A stretch of 63,757 nucleotides of DNA, counting the filler. It is 7 parts of 7 records of this genome, joined end to end, with 100 filler letters (N's around TTAATTAATTAA, not from the genome) between each part and the next. Parts side by side here need not be neighbours in the genome. Positions count along the whole stretch, not along the records: positions 56,847 to 63,757 come from SRR31156797_58221; 6 more parts are not named here. One strand, given 5' to 3'. The notes under the pieces were generated by a model. That model had not been told where the DNA came from, did not search any database, and saw nothing but the letters and a program-made list of their open reading frames with translations. Position numbers and translations under genes: made by a program. The number at the start of each line of letters is the position of its first letter. The stretch's first letter is position 1. Of this stretch, positions 59,239 through 63,757 are shown one piece after another.

Positions 59239-60255
59239 GTGTTCGTCGTAATGGAACAAGACTGCCGCGCAGATGACATAAACGCCGTTCTCGAACTGCT
59301 CCCTCGCATCGGAGCCAGGGGGAATCCCGGCTGCGAATCACTGCGATGCGTGATCGAACTGGTCGAAGTCGGACCACAGCTCGACCTGAGCTACCTCAAA
59401 CAACTGCCTGCCGTATCATGCGTGGTCGACACTCCCCAACAGGTTGCCGAAGCATGCGAATCAGAATGCAAAGACACGCTCGAAATTCCACTCGGAACAG
59501 CAACAACCGTTGGAGGCCGCCGCCTTGCCATCATCGCAGGACCCTGCAGCATCGAAGATAATGACAGGTTGCTGACCACTGCACAGTCTATCGAAGCAAG
59601 AGGCGCCGTCGCGCTGCGGGGAGGTGCGTTCAAACCGCGCACGTCTCCATTCTGTTTTCAGGGCCTGGGCGACAAAGGGCTCGAGATTCTACAGCAGGCA
59701 AAACGCGAGACAGGCCTCGCCGTCGTAACGGAAGTGATGTCGATCGAACACATTGAACGGATCGCCGCAGTCGCGGACGTCCTTCAGATCGGCTCGCGAA
59801 ACATGCACAACACGTCACTGCTGAAAGCAGTAGGCCGTCACACAACCCCGGTCCTCCTCAAACGCGGCTGGAGTGCCACGCTGGAAGAGTTCCTCGCCGC
59901 AGCCGACTACATTCGTCAGGCAGGAAATCCCCATGTGATCCTCTGCGAACGCGGTATCCGAACCTTCGAAGATTATGTACGCAACACCCTCGCCCTGGCC
60001 GTGGTCCCGGAGATCAAAAGCCGCAGCAACCTTCCCGTGATCGTGGATCCATCGCACGGAACCGGGAAAGCTCACCTCATCACCCCGATGTGCCGGGCCG
60101 CCATCGCCTGCGGAGCAGACGGCCTGATGATCGAAGTGCATCCTGACCCACAGAAAGCCTGGAGCGATGGAGAACAAACCCTGGGCCTCGATGAATTCCA
60201 GAAACTGATAAACGACATAAAACCGATTGCCGCTGCCTGTGACCGCGAACTCTGA
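59239..60255 (+). CDS. aroF: 3-deoxy-7-phosphoheptulonate (DAHP) synthase, type I-beta with N-terminal regulatory domain
   Basis: IAGPCSIE, RGGAFKPRTSP, QIGSRNM, LLKRG, LCERGIRTFE and DPSHGTG motifs; GGGAG RBS before GTG at 59239. Confidence 0.93.
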   Translation: MFVVMEQDCRADDINAVLELLPRIGARGNPGCESLRCVIELVEVGPQLDLSYLKQLPAVSCVVDTPQQVAEACESECKDTLEIPLGTATTVGGRRLAIIAGPCSIEDNDRLLTTAQSIEARGAVALRGGAFKPRTSPFCFQGLGDKGLEILQQAKRETGLAVVTEVMSIEHIERIAAVADVLQIGSRNMHNTSLLKAVGRHTTPVLLKRGWSATLEEFLAAADYIRQAGNPHVILCERGIRTFEDYVRNTLALAVVPEIKSRSNLPVIVDPSHGTGKAHLITPMCRAAIACGADGLMIEVHPDPQKAWSDGEQTLGLDEFQKLINDIKPIAAACDREL

Positions 60256-60294
60256 CCGGCCAACGTCAGCCACAGGCTCCAACAGGAGAGCATC

Positions 60295-61905
60295 GTGAAG
60301 ATACTACAGATACTACTGACACTCACCATATGTTACGGATCCGTACCAGGGCAACCTCGCCAGGAAACCCCATCCGGGGAATCAACGGAAATCGCAGCCG
60401 TCGCTAACGAGATCGACAGACTGATCCTGGATGACCTGCACAACGCCGGAATCAAACCCGCCAGGCTCTGCTCAGACGAAGTCTTCATCCGACGCGTCTA
60501 CCTGGATACCATAGGAACACTGCCAACGCCAGATGAAGTCCGCAGCTTCCTCGACGACGACAGCAGCAACAAGCGCAGCATCCTGATCGACCAACTGCTC
60601 GAACGCGAAGAGTTCGCAGACTACTGGTCTCTCAAGTGGTGCGATCTGCTTCGTGTTAAATCCGAGTACCCGATCAATCTCTGGCCCAATGCCGTCCAGG
60701 CCTACCACCGCTGGATCAGGGATTCCATCAAAACCAACAAACCATACGACCAGTTCGCCCGGCAGCTCCTGACATCCAGCGGAAGCAATTTCCGGGTTCC
60801 GCCCGTCAATTTCTATCGCGCGATGCCGGACCACGAAACATCAACGATCGCACGAACGGTCGTACTCACCTTCATGGGAGAACGAATCGAACACTGGCCA
60901 GAAGACAAACGCAGCGACCTGGAAAACCTGTTCTCACGGGTTGCTTACAAAAAAACCGCCGAATGGAAAGAAGAAATCGTCTACCCCGACCCGACTGCTT
61001 CCACGGCTCTCAATGCCAGGCTCCACAGCGGCCAGTCCGTCAAGATTCCCCCGGGGGATGATCCCCGCCGCGCATTCGCTGACTGGCTGATCGCCCCGGA
61101 CAACCCGAAATTCACACAACCAGTCGTCAATCGAATCTGGTACTGGCTGTTCGGTATCGGAATCATTCACGAACCTGATGACATCCGACCCGATAACCTG
61201 CCGATCAATCCTCAGCTGCTCGCGTACCTCCAGCAGGAACTGGTGAAATCCGAATATGACCTGAAGCACATCTATCGCCTGATCCTCAACTCAAACACGT
61301 ACCAGCGATCCAGCATCCCCGCCTCGAATAACCCCGAAGCCGAACGAAGATTCGCCAACTATTCCATCCGCCGGCTCGATGCCGAAGTCCTGATCGATGC
61401 CATCTGCAGAATCACGGACACGACCGAGTCCTACTCGAGCCTGATCCCGGAACCGTTCACCTTCATCCCGGGTGAAAACCACTCGATCGCCCTGGCCGAC
61501 GGAAGCATCACGTCACGCTTCCTCGATCTGTTCGGCCGGCCTTCACGCGACTCCGGACTCGCTGCCGAACGCCACAACAACCCGACCGACGCGCAGAAGC
61601 TCCACCTTCTGAACTCGAGTCATATAAATAACAAACTGAAAAACCTGTCGATAGAGTCAGCCAGCCGCTCCAGTGATTCAGAAAAACGAAAAACAAGACG
61701 TTCACGAAGAAACTCAGGCCGGGCAAAACTGTCACCCGAAACCGTAACGGAACTATACCTGTTGGTTCTCTCCCGTTACCCGACAGAAAACGAACTGGCC
61801 ATCATCAAGGACTACGAAAAACACGCTGAAGCCAAAGGCAAAAACGTACTGATCGACATCACCTGGGCACTGATCAACACACCGGAGTTCCTGTACCGAC
61901 ATTAA
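60295..61905 (+). CDS. DUF1549/DUF1553 domain protein (planctomycete-type)
   Basis: N.ID..I, D..FIRRVYLD.IG.LPT, N.PYDQF, VNRIW..LFG.GI, RRL.AE...DAI and WALINT.EF motifs. Confidence 0.9.
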   Translation: MKILQILLTLTICYGSVPGQPRQETPSGESTEIAAVANEIDRLILDDLHNAGIKPARLCSDEVFIRRVYLDTIGTLPTPDEVRSFLDDDSSNKRSILIDQLLEREEFADYWSLKWCDLLRVKSEYPINLWPNAVQAYHRWIRDSIKTNKPYDQFARQLLTSSGSNFRVPPVNFYRAMPDHETSTIARTVVLTFMGERIEHWPEDKRSDLENLFSRVAYKKTAEWKEEIVYPDPTASTALNARLHSGQSVKIPPGDDPRRAFADWLIAPDNPKFTQPVVNRIWYWLFGIGIIHEPDDIRPDNLPINPQLLAYLQQELVKSEYDLKHIYRLILNSNTYQRSSIPASNNPEAERRFANYSIRRLDAEVLIDAICRITDTTESYSSLIPEPFTFIPGENHSIALADGSITSRFLDLFGRPSRDSGLAAERHNNPTDAQKLHLLNSSHINNKLKNLSIESASRSSDSEKRKTRRSRRNSGRAKLSPETVTELYLLVLSRYPTENELAIIKDYEKHAEAKGKNVLIDITWALINTPEFLYRH

Positions 61906-61919
61906 CAGGAGTGTTACCA

Positions 61920-63290
61920 ATGAAAGTAAACAAACACACACCGAATCCGATGAATACGCACCTGACTCGCCGCTCCCTCCTGAAGAGCGGCCTGTACGGT
62001 GCAGCCGGAACAATACTAGGCAGCCACCTGCTCCCATCCGTCATTGCAGCAGGATCATCAGACACCCTGCCCTCCTCGACAGCCAAAGCAAAATCTGTCA
62101 TCCAGATCTGGATGTGGGGCGGCCCATCACAACTCGACACGTTCGACCCGAAACCCGATGCAGGCGATGCCTATACAGGCCCCCTGAACAATCCCATCGA
62201 AACCAACGTCAAGGGAATCCGCATCGGCGAACTGCTGCCCGAAATGGCAAAACAGGCCGACAAGTACTCCATCATCCGAAGCATGACCCACGGCGTCTTC
62301 GCTCACGAAACGGCAGCATACCTGACCCAGACCGGCCGCATGCAGGGCGGAGAAGTCATGTACCCCGCCGTCGGCGCCGTGGCATCCTGGTTCAAAGGAT
62401 ACAACACCGGCTACAAGGGCCTCATCCCCCCGTACATCGTACTGACGAAATCGCAGGGCCGATTCTCCGAAGCAGGCTTTCTGGGTCAGCGGTATATGCC
62501 GTTCGCAACAGGCGGAGACCCATCGAAGGATCCATTCGCAGTCGAAGGAATCATTTGCGAAGGCATCTCCCAGAGAAGACAGAAAGAACGACGCGAACTG
62601 CTCGGTAAACTGGACAGTCTCAGCCAGACGCTTCCCGATCATCCGGAATTCGAAAAGCTGAAGAAAAGCGAAGACAAAGCCTATGACCTGATCCTCGGCG
62701 ACGGGGCAGCCGTCTTTGACCTTTCCAAAGAGCCGGACGAACTGCGCGAACGATACGGCAAAAACAAGTTCGGACAGTCCTGCCTTGCCGCTCGCCGACT
62801 GGTCGAAAACGGCGTCCCCTTCATCACCATCAACTACGAAGGCTGGGACACCCACAAGAACCACTTCCAGACCATGCGACAGAAACTCCCGCAGATGGAC
62901 CAGGGCATCGCAACCCTTCTGCAGGATCTGTCCGATCGCGGCCTGCTCGACAGCACCATCGTCTGGTGGTCAGGCGAGTTCGGACGAACACCGAAGATCC
63001 AGTGGGAACCGCCCTACAATGGCGGACGAGGCCACTGGGGCAGCGTCTTTTCAGCTCTGCTCGCCGGCGGCGGATTCAAAGGTGGCCACGTGGTCGGCAG
63101 TTCGGACGACCGGGGTGAACACGTCAAGGACCGCCCCGTCTACCCGTGCGACCTGATCGCCAGCATCTACACACAGATGGGGATCGACCCGAACGCATAC
63201 TTCCCCCACGAATTCAGCAAAAGAATTCGCGTCACACCTTCCGCAGAAGATGGCGTAAAGATGGGCGGTCACCTTAAGGAAATCATGTAA
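61920..63290 (+). CDS. DUF1501 domain protein (Tat-exported)
   Basis: LTRRSLLK Tat motif; GGPSQLDTFDPKP, LAARRLVE.GV, GWDTH and GEFGRTP motifs. Confidence 0.92.
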   Translation: MKVNKHTPNPMNTHLTRRSLLKSGLYGAAGTILGSHLLPSVIAAGSSDTLPSSTAKAKSVIQIWMWGGPSQLDTFDPKPDAGDAYTGPLNNPIETNVKGIRIGELLPEMAKQADKYSIIRSMTHGVFAHETAAYLTQTGRMQGGEVMYPAVGAVASWFKGYNTGYKGLIPPYIVLTKSQGRFSEAGFLGQRYMPFATGGDPSKDPFAVEGIICEGISQRRQKERRELLGKLDSLSQTLPDHPEFEKLKKSEDKAYDLILGDGAAVFDLSKEPDELRERYGKNKFGQSCLAARRLVENGVPFITINYEGWDTHKNHFQTMRQKLPQMDQGIATLLQDLSDRGLLDSTIVWWSGEFGRTPKIQWEPPYNGGRGHWGSVFSALLAGGGFKGGHVVGSSDDRGEHVKDRPVYPCDLIASIYTQMGIDPNAYFPHEFSKRIRVTPSAEDGVKMGGHLKEIM

Positions 63291-63305
63291 GAAAGAAGGT
63301 TCAGC

Positions 63306-63757
63306 ATGAAACGCCAATACATACTCTCTCTGACATGGATTACATGCCTGGCAATGACACAATTAACCTTTGCTCAAGCCAGAACCCCAAACATCGGCTA
63401 CATCTATCCGGCAGGTGGCCAGCAAGGCTCGACATTCGAAGTACTTCTGGGCGGAACTCACCTGGTTGAACCCGCCACGGCCCACATCTCCGGCGGCGGC
63501 GTGGAAGTGGAAATCATCGAATACATCAAACCTCCCAACCAGGGTGCCTTCAAGGAAATGCAGAACAAGATGGGCGAACTGTTGAAGAAAAAGAGAGCAG
63601 CCGCCCCCGAAGGATGGCGTCCAGGGCGAAGAGCAGCACTGGAAACGTTTTCCAACGAAAACTGGACCGAAGAAAACGAAGCCGAATTCACCGAACTCAG
63701 GCGAAAACTGGCGATGTTTAAACTCAGGCGAACCTCTGCCCCAGCCCTGGCCGAAAC
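63306..63757 (+). CDS. Secreted PPC-domain/peptidase-like partner of DUF1501 clusters (3' truncated)
   Basis: Manual translation: signal peptide then PNIGYIYPAGGQQGSTFEVLLGG; open to window end. Confidence 0.7.
   Translation, partial: MKRQYILSLTWITCLAMTQLTFAQARTPNIGYIYPAGGQQGSTFEVLLGGTHLVEPATAHISGGGVEVEIIEYIKPPNQGAFKEMQNKMGELLKKKRAAAPEGWRPGRRAALETFSNENWTEENEAEFTELRRKLAMFKLRRTSAPALAE

Overview
This window is not one locus. It is seven unrelated contigs joined by 100-nt N spacers that each carry a TTAATTAATTAA all-frame-stop linker. (1) 1-9215: low-GC Clostridia-like DNA with xth, an aminoglycoside nucleotidyltransferase-like gene, a degenerate CapA, a THF riboswitch plus folT, Fe-ADH, MATE and an esterase. 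(2) 9316-33144: Pseudodesulfovibrio/Desulfovibrio-like DNA with TAXI, DUF1566, a small octaheme cytochrome, nfnAB, a c-di-GMP-I riboswitch, recQ, copA/copZ, mreBCD-mrdA-rodA, bactofilin and the start of the atp operon. (3) 33245-40073: Desulfobacterales-like DNA with an ABC exporter pair, ExeA and TAXI. (4) 40174-46154: a lipid/CoA catabolic cluster with a thiolase and two unusual multidomain fusions that both end in SDR-SCP2. (5) 46255-51612: rnhA, a FadR-type regulator, an Fe-S oxidoreductase, remnants of a lactate locus and an MFS transporter. (6) 51713-56746: a sigma-54-driven, methanogen-type dimethylamine methyltransferase operon (MtbA-like, RamA, MtbC, MtbB) whose mtbB carries an in-frame amber (pyrrolysine) codon. 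(7) 56847-63757: Planctomycetota-like DNA with a secreted beta-helix protein split by one in-frame UGA, DAHP synthase and DUF1549/1553-DUF1501-PPC genes. The strongest leads are the two recoding signals: a candidate new secreted selenoprotein or UGA read-through (56880-58955) and pyrrolysine-MtbB in a bacterial operon. All taxonomic and family calls come from motif recognition only; no database searches were run.
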